Part shown: piece after piece, positions 20,451 to 30,395 of the stretch
Numbering within the stretch: position 1 is the stretch's first letter
Layout of the letters: the number at the start of each line of letters is the position of its first letter
Origin: Spirochaetia bacterium
GTDB lineage: Bacteria > Spirochaetota > Spirochaetia > SZUA-6 > Bin103
DNA: 64,000 bases
NCBI GenBank assembly: GCA_965203905.1
Contig: CBDBDQ010000005.1
Location: 5,248,001-5,312,000 of the forward strand
Direction: 5' to 3'
The notes under the pieces: generated by a model
What the model was told of the DNA's origin: nothing
The model's database searches: none
What the model saw: the letters and a program-made list of their open reading frames with translations, nothing else
Position numbers and translations under genes: made by a program

Positions 20451-21709
20451 CCGATGACACCGGTCGCGAACAACAGGCTCATGTCCGCTGTACCGTGCCA
20501 GTCCTCGAGATGGGGATGGTCGACCCCACGGACGATGTCCGTCGCTCCTTCGTCGTCCTTCGCAAAACAGAGCACCTCTTCCGGGTCGGCGAGCCTCAGG
20601 AACGCAGGGGAATGCGTTGCCACCAGTACCTGCGAATCGTAAACCGAAGCAAGTGAATCGTAGACTGCATCGAGCGCCAGCGGATGCACGCCGTTCTCCG
20701 GTTCCTCCAGGAGATACACCTCATCACTGGTCGGAAGATAAGGGAGGAGGGTGAGTGCCAGAAACCGGAGCGTCCCGTCAGAAGTCATCCACGATGGCAC
20801 TCGTACACCGGTCTCGTACCGCAGCCTCAGGTAACTGTGTCTATCGTCTTTGCGTATGGCAACACGTATGTCTTCCAAATCCGCCAGGATCGTTTGCACG
20901 TGTCGTAACCAATCATCGTAGTCCTCGCTGTGATTCTTCCTGAGATGTGTAACGGCCCAAGGAAGATTAGAGCCGTCGGGTGCGAAGTCGGCGCGACGCA
21001 GGTGCGGTGGACTTGCCTGACGCATCCTTACGGTATCGAGAAACAACGGCTTGATCCGTCTCTGTAGAATTTGTTTCACATAGGTGGCGGCAGGAAACTT
21101 CTCGGATGACTCGGGCAGGTTTCCCAACGCAGAACGTCGCGTTCCAAACGACACACTCGTGACCCATCCGGCTCTCGATCGTTCGGAGACTTCGATGTTG
21201 AAGGTATCTCTGCCTTGCCTGGACTTGCTCAGGATCGTCCTGATGCCACGCGGCTTTCCCATCAGCACCGTGTCGGGAGTCGGCATGGGATCAGGAAACA
21301 TAGACCTCTGGTGCACGTCGGGCTTCGGCTCCGGCATCAGTATTCCTCGTTCGGACTCGATGATCACGCCCTCATCGTCTTCGCTGATTGCCAGTTCGTA
21401 GCGAAACACCCGAAAGTCCCTTGCCGCGGGAAGCTGATCCTTCACCTCCTGTGGCAGGTCGAACTCCACGGCCAACTCGAATCCGCACTCATGATCGGGG
21501 CGTCCCCACACCAGGTCCTGAAAATTGCGCGTGCGCTGCTCCACGGCAGCTTCAAGTCCATCCTCGACCAAGTCGCCGAGGAATGCCACGACATCGAATA
21601 GAGTGCTCTTGCCGCTCGCGTTGGGCCCTACCAGGACGTGAAAGCGGTCCAGACGGACGTCCACGTAGCGCAGACAACGATAGCCGAGAGCCTGGATACG
21701 GCGAATCAT
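20447..21709 (-). CDS. ABC/AAA_21-type ATPase, MAD3-like
   Basis: VLVGPNASGKST Walker A, SDGTLRFLAL, LLEEPENGVHP, VATHSP. Confidence 0.85.
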   Translation of the reverse strand: MIRRIQALGYRCLRYVDVRLDRFHVLVGPNASGKSTLFDVVAFLGDLVEDGLEAAVEQRTRNFQDLVWGRPDHECGFELAVEFDLPQEVKDQLPAARDFRVFRYELAISEDDEGVIIESERGILMPEPKPDVHQRSMFPDPMPTPDTVLMGKPRGIRTILSKSRQGRDTFNIEVSERSRAGWVTSVSFGTRRSALGNLPESSEKFPAATYVKQILQRRIKPLFLDTVRMRQASPPHLRRADFAPDGSNLPWAVTHLRKNHSEDYDDWLRHVQTILADLEDIRVAIRKDDRHSYLRLRYETGVRVPSWMTSDGTLRFLALTLLPYLPTSDEVYLLEEPENGVHPLALDAVYDSLASVYDSQVLVATHSPAFLRLADPEEVLCFAKDDEGATDIVRGVDHPHLEDWHGTADMSLLFATGVIG

Positions 21710-21914
21710 GGGCACTGCCATCTTATCATGTGAACGCGTAGCAGCATGTCGCCGCGTTACCGCGGCCCGGTCGCTCTCAAGCCGAAGATGGTGGTCACGA
21801 CGTCCTCAGATCCCGGTGCATCTGCCGGGGTGTATGGGCTCTGCCGAGGGTGAGCACGTGGTTCCGGATCGACTCCAGTGCGCTCGGGCAGTACTGGGTC
21901 CAACCGTCGTCCGG

Positions 21915-22292
21915 TCACCCGTCGTGCCAGCGGGTGTCGCTGCCGGTGCCGGTGAAGCGGTTGTAGCGGTTGACGTAGTCCTCGCGTACGGGGCTGAAGA
22001 TGTCGAGGACGCGCGCCGGCCCCTCGGTCACCACGCCGGAATGAACCACGTGGCTGGGGATGATGAAGGCGTCGCCGGGCACCAGCTCGCGTTCCTCGTC
22101 GCCGATGCGCAGGCGCAGCCTGCCCTCCAGGACCAGTCCGGCCTGCTCGTGCGGGTGGCTGTGCTCCGGCACCACGCCTTCGTGCTCCATCTCCAGTGCC
22201 GACAGCATGAGCTGGCTCCCGGCGGCCAAGGCACTCCGCACCCCCGGAAACAGCTCCATCTTGGGCAACTCGTTCAGTGCAATGAATGGCAT
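21915..22292 (-). CDS. Cupin domain protein
   Basis: HSHPHEQAG and PSHVVH motifs; DIFSPVREDY. Confidence 0.9.
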   Translation of the reverse strand: MPFIALNELPKMELFPGVRSALAAGSQLMLSALEMEHEGVVPEHSHPHEQAGLVLEGRLRLRIGDEERELVPGDAFIIPSHVVHSGVVTEGPARVLDIFSPVREDYVNRYNRFTGTGSDTRWHDG

Positions 22293-22422
22293 CGGTTCCT
22301 CCCGTGGCGGGGGTTAGCGCCCCAAAACCGTCCCCTTCCGGTGACGCTCTTGGCCCATCCCGTCCGCGCACTACGAGTCTGTCGCAATGCGACAGACTCG
22401 TAGTGTACCATCCGTGGGCGTG

Positions 22423-23592
22423 ATGCGGGCGTTGGCGCAGGACTACGTGGTGGTGGCGGAGTCGCCGGACAAGGAGCGGGTGTACGCCGGGTCGCCGGGG
22501 TTGGCGCGGCTGCCCGGAGGGGAGCTGGTCGCCAGCTACGAGTGGTTCCGGGCCAAGCCGCACACGGAGACGATCCCCAACCAGACCGAGGTGCGGGTCA
22601 GCGGCGACGGCGGCGCCACCTGGGAGCTGCGCGGCAGCACCGACATCATCTGGCCGAGCACCTTCGCCCACGGCGATGCGCTCTACATGATTGGCAACCG
22701 GCGCCGGTCGCGGGAGGTGGTGATCAGCCGCTCCCGGGACGGCGGTCACACCTGGACGGCTGAGGTGACGATCTGCGAGCGACGCAGCCACGGCGCGCCG
22801 ACCGCGATCACCTTTCAGGGAGGCCAGGTGTACCGCGCCTTCGAGACCTGTCCCCACACCGGGCGCGGCGGCGGCGGGCGCTCCTCCTGGGAGTCGTTCG
22901 TGATGGCCGGCGACCTGGGGCGGGACCTGCTCGATCCGGCGGCCTGGCGCGCTTCGCCGCAGGAGCGGTTTCCCGGGGCGCCACCCGGCCTCAATACGCG
23001 CAGCTACCCGGCGGACACCGGCACCGAGGACTGCTGGATCGAGGGCAACATCATTTCGGTGCAGGGGCAACTCCGCAACCTGTTGCGGGTGCACCTGTAC
23101 GGGCGCGCGACGGTGGGCATGGCGGGGATCTGCGACCTGGACGACGACGGCACCAGCATGCACTACCGCTTCAGCCAGTTCTGCCCGATGCTCGGCGGGC
23201 AGTGCAAGTTTCACATCCTCTACGACGAGCCGTCCGGGCTGTTCTGGAGCGCGGTGAACCCGGTCAGCGACTCCTGGACGCCGGTGGAGGACGAGCTGCG
23301 CGCGATCCGGTTCCAGGGCATTCCGGGCAACGAACGGCGCATCCTGATGCTGATCTACAGCGCCGACGCCCAGAACTGGTTCCAGGCCGGCTGCATCGCC
23401 ATGAGCCGGCGCATGCTGGACGCCTTCAGCTATGCCTCCAACCTGGTGGACGGCGACGACCTGCTGGTGTTGTCGCGCACGTCGGTCAACGCCTACAACC
23501 AGCACAATGGCAACCTGATCACCCTGCACCGGGTAAGGAACTTCCGCGACTTGGCCCTCGACTTGAGCCGCGACTTCAGCCCCTCCACCTGA
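22423..23592 (+). CDS. Sialidase/BNR-repeat beta-propeller protein
   Basis: Asp-boxes SGDGGATW and SRDGGHTW, YSADAQNW; SPGLARLP.GELVASY. Confidence 0.75.
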   Translation: MRALAQDYVVVAESPDKERVYAGSPGLARLPGGELVASYEWFRAKPHTETIPNQTEVRVSGDGGATWELRGSTDIIWPSTFAHGDALYMIGNRRRSREVVISRSRDGGHTWTAEVTICERRSHGAPTAITFQGGQVYRAFETCPHTGRGGGGRSSWESFVMAGDLGRDLLDPAAWRASPQERFPGAPPGLNTRSYPADTGTEDCWIEGNIISVQGQLRNLLRVHLYGRATVGMAGICDLDDDGTSMHYRFSQFCPMLGGQCKFHILYDEPSGLFWSAVNPVSDSWTPVEDELRAIRFQGIPGNERRILMLIYSADAQNWFQAGCIAMSRRMLDAFSYASNLVDGDDLLVLSRTSVNAYNQHNGNLITLHRVRNFRDLALDLSRDFSPST

Positions 23593-23594
23593 CC

Positions 23595-23846
23595 ATGGGT
23601 CGCCGAACCGACTCCGCACCGGGCATTGACAGTCTTCCAGGTGTATGCGGTGGCGAGCCCTGCATCGTCAGGACCAGGATCCCGGTTTGGCTTCTGGAGC
23701 AGGCACGGAGGTCGGGAACCAGCGAAGCCGATCTGTTGAGTGCTTATCCAACACTCCACGCGGAAGACTTGGCGAACGCATGGGCATACGTTCGCTCCCA
23801 TGGACCAGAGATCGAGCGTGTCATCCGGGAGAACGAGGACGTGTAA
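23595..23846 (+). CDS. DUF433 domain protein (antitoxin-like), orphan
   Basis: PGVCGGEPCIVRTRIPVW..YPTLHAEDL..AWAY. Confidence 0.82.
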   Translation: MGRRTDSAPGIDSLPGVCGGEPCIVRTRIPVWLLEQARRSGTSEADLLSAYPTLHAEDLANAWAYVRSHGPEIERVIRENEDV

Positions 23847-23868
23847 GTGGTGTAACGGGTGAACGCGG

Positions 23869-24504
23869 TCAGCGGGCGGTGTCGGAGACCTCGTGGATCA
23901 TGCCCTGGAACTCCAGCACCAGGCGCGAGCCGTCGTCGCGGGTCAGCTCCAGGCGGGTGCCTCCGCGCGCCGGGGAGCGGCCCTGGCTGACCTTGCCGTC
24001 GGTGAAGCAGCCGACCACCTCGCCGAGGAACAGGTCGTGGGAGCCCAGGGGCACGATCTTGCCGACCTTGCACTCGTAGCTGATGGGACACTCGGCGATG
24101 TGCGGCGAGCGGATGCGGCGCCCGGGCGCGGCGGTGAGGCCGGTCTCCTTGAACTTATCGACCGTCGGGTCCTTGCCGCGCGAGAGCCGGCCGCATTCCA
24201 CCACCTGTTCCCGCAGCCGGTCGGTGGGGATGTTGAGGGCGAAGTCCATGCTGCGCTGCAGCAGCTCGTGGGTGCCGCGCTTGTAGTACTCGAAGGTGTG
24301 CTCCTCGACGCTCACCGCCACACCGAGGTAGAAGGGCAGGCGGTTGAGCCAGCCCCAGCCCACGGCGGGCATGATGTTGGGGATGCCGGTGACGTCGTCG
24401 GCCACGCTGACCAGGGCCGGCGTCACGGGGAGGAAGCCGGGGGTCGCGAAGTGCTGGTCGAACGGGGGGATGCTGCGATCGTGCTCGGTGTAGATCTTGG
24501 CCAT
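23869..24504 (-). CDS. Flavin reductase-like FMN-binding protein
   Basis: PNIMPAVGWG, FALNIP, DKF..GLT, IAECPISYECKV..LGSHDLFLGEV. Confidence 0.87.
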   Translation of the reverse strand: MAKIYTEHDRSIPPFDQHFATPGFLPVTPALVSVADDVTGIPNIMPAVGWGWLNRLPFYLGVAVSVEEHTFEYYKRGTHELLQRSMDFALNIPTDRLREQVVECGRLSRGKDPTVDKFKETGLTAAPGRRIRSPHIAECPISYECKVGKIVPLGSHDLFLGEVVGCFTDGKVSQGRSPARGGTRLELTRDDGSRLVLEFQGMIHEVSDTAR

Positions 24505-24587
24505 GGATCGCGTGCAGGATGGTGGCGGCGGGCGCGGCCGTCAACGCCGTCCTGGCGGGAAATCGCGTTGCCGGCAAAGGGGTATCC

Positions 24588-25760
24588 ATGGGAGCACTGG
24601 CCGAACAGTACCTGCGAGCCATAGAGGCGCGGCTTGCCGGCCTGGGTGCGCAACTGCCCGCCATCGCGGCCACGGCAGCGGTCGCCGCCGAGCGGGCCTG
24701 CGCCGGCGGTCGGATCTGGGCGGTCAGCGACGAGGAGGGCTTCATCGGCGAGTACCAGCAGCGGGCCTCGGGGCTGATGATGATGAGCGGCCTGCCGGGG
24801 AATGGCGCCCTGCCTCTCGACGAAGCCGTCGGAGCCGGGGACGCCGCGCTCGCCGGCACCCAGCATCACGACCCGGAGCGCCAGGGTGAGCTGCTGCGCG
24901 CGCTCTCCGAGCGGGGCGTGCACGTCACCCTGGTAGGCGCGGCCGCATCGCCGTTGCGCGAGTACGCAACCGCCTTTATCGACAGCGGGCTGCCGGTCGG
25001 CACCGCACCGCTGCTGGAGCACGAGGGCGCGGCCGTGTGCCCCGCGGCCAGCGTGGTGAACATCGCCGCCGGCTGGCTGTGGGCGCTGGAGATGGCCAAC
25101 GCCTGCCACCTGCGGGGCAGGGCGCCGGTGTTTCTGGTCAGCGGCGGTCTGGCCGCCGGCGCCGACCGCAACCGGCAGCACCAGGGCAAGGCGTTCCACG
25201 ATTCCGGTGAGTACGAGGTGGTACCGGCGCCCGCGGGCCAGCGGGGCACCGAGTTGCTCGCGGAGTGGATGCGCTGTCTCACCAGCATCCGCGCCACGGA
25301 GATGGACAAGCTCGCCGAGATCGGTGCTCTTGCCGCCGCCACCCGCGCCGCGGGGCACACCGTGTGGTGCGCCTCGAGCGGTCACAACCTGCCGGCGCAG
25401 CGTGGCATCGAGGGCGACCCGGGCCTGTTCCGGCTGCAGTTTCCCGAGCGCGGCGAGGAGCCCGACTTCGCCCCAGGCGACTGCTACATCTACAACGGCT
25501 ACTACCTGTTCCCCGCGGAGCAACTGGCCGCGGCACGCGCGGCCGGGGTGCGCTCCGCCTGGATCATGGGCGGCAGAGAGATCGAGGTGATCTACGCGCA
25601 CCCCGGAGAGATCCACGTCGACGGCTACTGGCGCTACGGCGACGCCAGCCTGCACCTGCCCGGCTACGACTACCGCGTGATCCCGCCATCCGGCGTCATC
25701 ACCACCACCCTGCTGTGGCTGCTGCAGGCCGTCGCCATCGACGCCGGCGCACGCCGGTAG
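24588..25760 (+). CDS. Hypothetical protein with apparent tandem SIS (sugar isomerase)-like domains
   Basis: Two halves, each of the form (helix)-A..GG/GH.(I/V)W...; E..RASGLM motif; fold is inference. Confidence 0.55.
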   Translation: MGALAEQYLRAIEARLAGLGAQLPAIAATAAVAAERACAGGRIWAVSDEEGFIGEYQQRASGLMMMSGLPGNGALPLDEAVGAGDAALAGTQHHDPERQGELLRALSERGVHVTLVGAAASPLREYATAFIDSGLPVGTAPLLEHEGAAVCPAASVVNIAAGWLWALEMANACHLRGRAPVFLVSGGLAAGADRNRQHQGKAFHDSGEYEVVPAPAGQRGTELLAEWMRCLTSIRATEMDKLAEIGALAAATRAAGHTVWCASSGHNLPAQRGIEGDPGLFRLQFPERGEEPDFAPGDCYIYNGYYLFPAEQLAAARAAGVRSAWIMGGREIEVIYAHPGEIHVDGYWRYGDASLHLPGYDYRVIPPSGVITTTLLWLLQAVAIDAGARR

Positions 25761-25774
25761 CCTGCGCGCAACCG

Positions 25775-26200
25775 CTATTCCGCAGCGTTGAAGGCGTTCA
25801 GGAATGCCGCGGGGGTCAGGATCGGGATACCGCGGAACGGTGTCATGTCCAGGAGGTCGCGGTCTCCCGTGATCAGACAGTCGGCCTCGCCGGCCAGCGC
25901 CGTCTCCAGGAACTTGTCGTCGTCCCGGTCGGGGCATCCGAGCTTGGCTCCCGTGATCGAAGTGCGCTCGGACACTCCCATCAGCTGGACGAGGTACGTC
26001 AACCTGACCCGCTGACTCACGTTACGGCCGAACTTCGGTCGCAGCAGACGGCTGTGCAACTCCTGGAAGGTCTCGTTGGAGAACAGGAGCACGCCGCTCG
26101 TCGGGCGGATGGCATCCACCACGGCACGTGGCGTTCGCCTCGGCTTGAGTGCTGCGCTGATCAATACGTTGGTGTCGACAACGATGCGCTCAGCTCTCAT
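25775..26200 (-). CDS. PIN-family toxin
   Basis: IVVDTNVLISA, CPDRDDDKFLETA, LITGDRDLL. Confidence 0.9.
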   Translation of the reverse strand: MRAERIVVDTNVLISAALKPRRTPRAVVDAIRPTSGVLLFSNETFQELHSRLLRPKFGRNVSQRVRLTYLVQLMGVSERTSITGAKLGCPDRDDDKFLETALAGEADCLITGDRDLLDMTPFRGIPILTPAAFLNAFNAAE

Positions 26201-26450
26201 CCGCAAGCAGGGCTTTGAGCTCGGCGTCGGTCAGGCCTCTTGCCGATGCCTCCTCTCCCATGGCGTCCATGGTCGCGGTGAGACGTTCCCACGCCGAGCC
26301 GCGGAGTTGATCGTAGAGCTGCGTCGACAGCATGACCGTGACTGCTCGGCCGTTCCTGGTGACGCGCACGGGAGCGCGTTGCGCGGCATCGAGCAACTGA
26401 CCAAAGCGGTTCTTGGCTTCTCGCGCACTGATGTCATTCATGCGCGCCAT
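26190..26450 (-). CDS. Phd/YefM family antitoxin
   Basis: ISAREAKNRFGQLLDAAQRAPVRVTRNGR; overlaps the toxin start. Confidence 0.88.
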   Translation of the reverse strand: MARMNDISAREAKNRFGQLLDAAQRAPVRVTRNGRAVTVMLSTQLYDQLRGSAWERLTATMDAMGEEASARGLTDAELKALLADES

Positions 26451-26552
26451 AGTAGCTACAATGGCTCTTCCGGTCAATGGAGGAAAGGGGAGGCAACGTC
26501 CGCTGCGGGACGCTGCCCCCCCTGTAAGGCGGGTTGCCTACTCTGGGTTACG

Positions 26553-28298
26553 CTACTTGACGGTGGCGAACCACTCGTTGGCTTCCTGGGTGAGCACGTC
26601 GCCGCCGTTGCGGCGCCACTCGGCGACCACGGAATCGTAGTCGTCGACGCTCTGGGTGCCGAGGATCACCTTGTAGAAGAATTCCTTCAGCACCTTGTCG
26701 ACGTCCGCGTACTCGGCCTGCGACGGGAGCGCCACCTTGAGCGGCTGCTCCACGGTGTTCTGGCTGGCGATGGTGTCGTACAGCATCTGCCGCTGCACCC
26801 CGCCGGCGCCGCGGCTCACGTTGTACCACGGTGCGTAGACCCAGAACGGGTTGGTCGAGAAGCCGCCGGCCAGGTTCTGGCCCAGCTCGCCCTGGCGGCG
26901 CGGGTCGGCCAGCCATTCGTCGGTCTGGCCGAAGTAGTTGCCATACTCCGAGCCGTCCCAGGGAATCCAATGCCACGGCGTCGCTTCCTCGCACACCTCC
27001 GTCGTGTCGCCGACGAAGCAGCCGAGCGCGGCCGAATAGTACAGCTCGCGGTCGGTGGCGATGCTGTTCAGCACCTGCAGCAGGCGCCCGTACTTGGGCT
27101 GCTCGTTCTCGAGCTGGCGCCCGAAGGCCACGTACAGCGGCTGCAGGCCGCGCACCGACATGCCGGCGTCGCCGCGCGGTCCGATCGGCGGCTCGGCGTT
27201 CACGTAGGGATGGTAGTCGGTCACGTCCGCGTGGGCGGCCGGATCGATCTCGGTAAAGGCGATGATGCTGTAATGCCCCTTGCCGGAGCAGTTGTCGGGC
27301 CAGCAGTCGGGATCGGTGTAGATGTAGGAGCGGTGCTCCGGATGGGCGGTATGCCACTTGCGGTTGAGGTGGCCGCCGCCGTCCCACTCGGAGTCGTCGC
27401 TGCCGAGCGACGAGACGTAGCCGATCTTCTCGTTGGCAAACTTCCACGACACGTCGTTGGCGCCGTCCTTGCGCCCGATCTCGGTGACCCATTCCGGGTC
27501 GATGATCTCGCGGGCATACCAGTCGGCCAGCAGCGCCAGCGCCTCCTTGGTGCCGGGATCGGTGAACCCGTACTGCAGCTCGCCGTCCTTCTCGATCCAT
27601 TGGAAGGCGAAGGTCCCGTGGGCGCCGAAGATCTCCTGGAAGAAGCCGGCCGGGGCGGTCTCCTGGTCACCCGGCGCGGTGAACGCGTAGGTATCCTTGC
27701 TGCCGCTGCGGTTGGGGTCCTCGTGACGGAACTTGAGGAACGCCTCCTCGAATTCGTCCAGGGTCTCCGGCACCTTGGTGATGCTCACGTTGTACAGCCA
27801 CTGCGCGTTCCAGGCGATTCCCCGCCGGTACACGTTCCACGGGCTGATGATGGGCAGTCCCATGTGCTTGCCGCCGATCTCGCCGTACTTCCAAACCCGC
27901 GGATCCCCGAACGACTCCACGTGGGCGTAGTACTCCGGCATCACCTCGCGGATGCTTTCCACGGGCAGCTCGGCGAGGACGCCCTGGTCGGCGTAGGTGG
28001 CCAACTGCACCGGGTTCAGGCGCATGGCGATCATGTCCGGCACTTCGCCGGCCGCCAGCAGCACGTTGAGCTTCTCGAACTGGTTCTCCGTGACCACCCA
28101 GTTGATCTTGATGTTGAAATACTCGTCGAGCCAGCGCTTGGTCATGTTCAGCTCGGGGTTGCGGCGGTGCATGTTGGTGGCGGCGACGTCGTACTCGTAG
28201 ACGGTGTCCGCGCCCGCCTCGCCTTCCCCGGCGGCGCTGGCGCTGAAGGCAGTGCCGACGATCAGCAGCGGCACCAGCCAGATGATGTGTTTCTTCAT
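26553..28298 (-). CDS. Carbohydrate ABC transporter substrate-binding protein (family 1)
   Basis: Signal MKKHIIWL.., AAGEVPD, PETLDEF..DPNRSGSKDTY, EWRRNGG. Confidence 0.88.
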   Translation of the reverse strand: MKKHIIWLVPLLIVGTAFSASAAGEGEAGADTVYEYDVAATNMHRRNPELNMTKRWLDEYFNIKINWVVTENQFEKLNVLLAAGEVPDMIAMRLNPVQLATYADQGVLAELPVESIREVMPEYYAHVESFGDPRVWKYGEIGGKHMGLPIISPWNVYRRGIAWNAQWLYNVSITKVPETLDEFEEAFLKFRHEDPNRSGSKDTYAFTAPGDQETAPAGFFQEIFGAHGTFAFQWIEKDGELQYGFTDPGTKEALALLADWYAREIIDPEWVTEIGRKDGANDVSWKFANEKIGYVSSLGSDDSEWDGGGHLNRKWHTAHPEHRSYIYTDPDCWPDNCSGKGHYSIIAFTEIDPAAHADVTDYHPYVNAEPPIGPRGDAGMSVRGLQPLYVAFGRQLENEQPKYGRLLQVLNSIATDRELYYSAALGCFVGDTTEVCEEATPWHWIPWDGSEYGNYFGQTDEWLADPRRQGELGQNLAGGFSTNPFWVYAPWYNVSRGAGGVQRQMLYDTIASQNTVEQPLKVALPSQAEYADVDKVLKEFFYKVILGTQSVDDYDSVVAEWRRNGGDVLTQEANEWFATVK

Positions 28299-28385
28299 TT
28301 CTTCCCTTCTTGGCGCATGCCACGAAGGCATGCCAATCCGTGCGAGAACCCATCCCGGATCCCGCGTGCGACGGCCGAGCCCGGC

Positions 28386-29273
28386 TCAGCCCTTCAGCGA
28401 TCCGATCATCACCCCCTTCACGAAGTACTTCTGAATGAACGGATAGACTATCAGAATCGGTCCGATGGCGACGAAGATCGCCGCCGAGTGCAGCGTCTCC
28501 GGGCGCAGCGGCGAGCCGGCGGCGTCGCGCAGGTCCTGCTCGGCGCGGATGGTGAGCTGGTCGGTGGCCTCGATGATGATGCGCCGCAGCCAGATCTGCA
28601 GCACGTGCTTCTGCGAGTCGTTGACGTAGATCAGCGAATCGAACCAGGAGTTCCAGTGCCACACCGCGCTCCACAGCCCGATGGTGGCGATCACCGGCAT
28701 CGACATCGGCACGATGATGCGGAACAGGATCAGGATGTCGTTGGCGCCGTCGATGCGTGCCGAGTCCTCCAGCTCGTCGGGAATGGTCATCAGGAAGTTG
28801 CGCATGATCAGCAGGTAGAACGCCGGCGCCAGGTTCCACAGGATCAGCACCAGGCGGGTGTTGATCAGGCCCAGGCTGCGTATCAGCAGGTAGGTGGGGA
28901 TCAGCCCGCCGCTGAAGAACAGGGTGAACACGAAAATGGAAGTGTAGAGGTTGCGCTGCGGCAGGTATTTCTTGGACAGCGGGTAGGCCGCGCACAGCAG
29001 CACGACCAGGGTCGCCACGGTGCCGGCCACGGTGCGCACGATGGTGTTGTAGTAGCCCCAGTAGAGGTCGCGGTCGGTGAAGATCGCCTCGTACGACTTG
29101 GTGGTGAAGGGGTGCGGCCACAGCAGCACGTTGCTCAGGTTGCCGCTCGCCCCGTGGGTCAGCGATACCGCCAGCAGGTTGACGAACGGGAACAGGATGG
29201 TCACCGAGAACGCCACCAGGAACAGGCTGTTGAAGATGGCGAAGATGCGCTCGCCGGTGGTGCGCAGAACCAT
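28386..29273 (-). CDS. Carbohydrate ABC transporter permease (LplC-like)
   Basis: ELEDSARIDGA; YPFIQKYFVKGVMIGSLKG. Confidence 0.93.
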   Translation of the reverse strand: MVLRTTGERIFAIFNSLFLVAFSVTILFPFVNLLAVSLTHGASGNLSNVLLWPHPFTTKSYEAIFTDRDLYWGYYNTIVRTVAGTVATLVVLLCAAYPLSKKYLPQRNLYTSIFVFTLFFSGGLIPTYLLIRSLGLINTRLVLILWNLAPAFYLLIMRNFLMTIPDELEDSARIDGANDILILFRIIVPMSMPVIATIGLWSAVWHWNSWFDSLIYVNDSQKHVLQIWLRRIIIEATDQLTIRAEQDLRDAAGSPLRPETLHSAAIFVAIGPILIVYPFIQKYFVKGVMIGSLKG

Positions 29274-29283
29274 GGCCGCCCGC

Positions 29284-30252
29284 CTACCAGATCCCGTATT
29301 CGCCGAAGATCTTGGCGATGCGGTTGACGATCACCACCAGGATCAGGCCGATGACGTTCTTGAACAGGCCCACCGCGGCCGAGAAGCTGAAGTTGAGCTC
29401 CACCAGGCCGACGCGATAGACGTAGGTGTCGATGATGTCCGCGACCTCGTAGACCGCCGGGTTGTAGAGGTTGAAGATCTGGTCGAAGCCCGCATCCAGG
29501 ATGTCGCCGACGCGCAGGATGAACAGGATCACGATCACCGGGATGATGCCCGGGATGGTGATGCTCCAGGTCTGGCGCAGCTTGCCGGCGCCGTCCACCA
29601 CCGCCGCCTCGTAGAGCTGCGGGTCGATGCCGGCGATCGCCGCCAGGAAGATGATCGAGCTCCAGCCCACCTGCTGCCACACGCCGGTGGTGATCAGCAC
29701 CGTCACGAACCAGTTGGAGTTGGCCAGGAAGTAGATCGGCTCGCCGCCGAGCCCGGTGATGATCGAGTTCACCACCCCGGTGGAGGGCGACAGGATGGTG
29801 CGGATCACGCCGCCGAGCACCACCCAGGAGAGGAAGTGGGGCAGGTAGCTGATAGTCTGCACCACGCGCTTGAAGTGGCGCTGGTAGACCTCGTTGAGCA
29901 GCAGCGCCAGGATGATTGGCGCGGGGAACCCCCAGAACAGGCGGTAGAGGCTGATCAGCAGGGTGTTGCGGAACACGGTGCCGAACTCGGTGGTGCCGTT
30001 GAACAGCTTGATGAAGTTGGCCATGCCGACCCACTCGCTGCCCCAGATGCCGTCGAAGATGCGATACTTCTTGAACGCGATGATGACCCCGTACATCGGG
30101 CCGTACTTGAAGATGATGGTCCAGATCAGGGCGCCGGCGAGCAGGAGGAACAGGTAGCGGTGCCGGTAGTAGGTCTGCAGCAGGCTCCTGCGCTTGGCGG
30201 GGGCCGCGGCGACCTGCTCCGAGGCCGCGGTATCGAGCCGACCTTCAGCCAT
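29284..30252 (-). CDS. Carbohydrate ABC transporter permease (LplB-like)
   Basis: YGPMYG, YLPHFLSWV, QLYEAAVVDGA; start codon uncertain. Confidence 0.92.
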   Translation of the reverse strand: MAEGRLDTAASEQVAAAPAKRRSLLQTYYRHRYLFLLLAGALIWTIIFKYGPMYGVIIAFKKYRIFDGIWGSEWVGMANFIKLFNGTTEFGTVFRNTLLISLYRLFWGFPAPIILALLLNEVYQRHFKRVVQTISYLPHFLSWVVLGGVIRTILSPSTGVVNSIITGLGGEPIYFLANSNWFVTVLITTGVWQQVGWSSIIFLAAIAGIDPQLYEAAVVDGAGKLRQTWSITIPGIIPVIVILFILRVGDILDAGFDQIFNLYNPAVYEVADIIDTYVYRVGLVELNFSFSAAVGLFKNVIGLILVVIVNRIAKIFGEYGIW

Positions 30253-30395
30253 CAGGGCGCGCACGGTAGCACGCACCTCGGGAGCGGTCAAACCACGGTG
30301 ACACGGGCGGCACGGGCTGGCACGCGCTGGCCGGGGCGCGTTGAGCCGGGGACGGCGCGCGTTATATCGTGCAGCGCGCCAGCGGGGAGGACGCC

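Noticed and set aside
26076-29327. Very long ORFs opposite real genes (e.g. 26076-29327 +, 46613-49702 -, 5855-8002 -)
   Set aside because: Antisense or alternate-frame shadows typical of high-GC coding DNA; no recognisable motifs.
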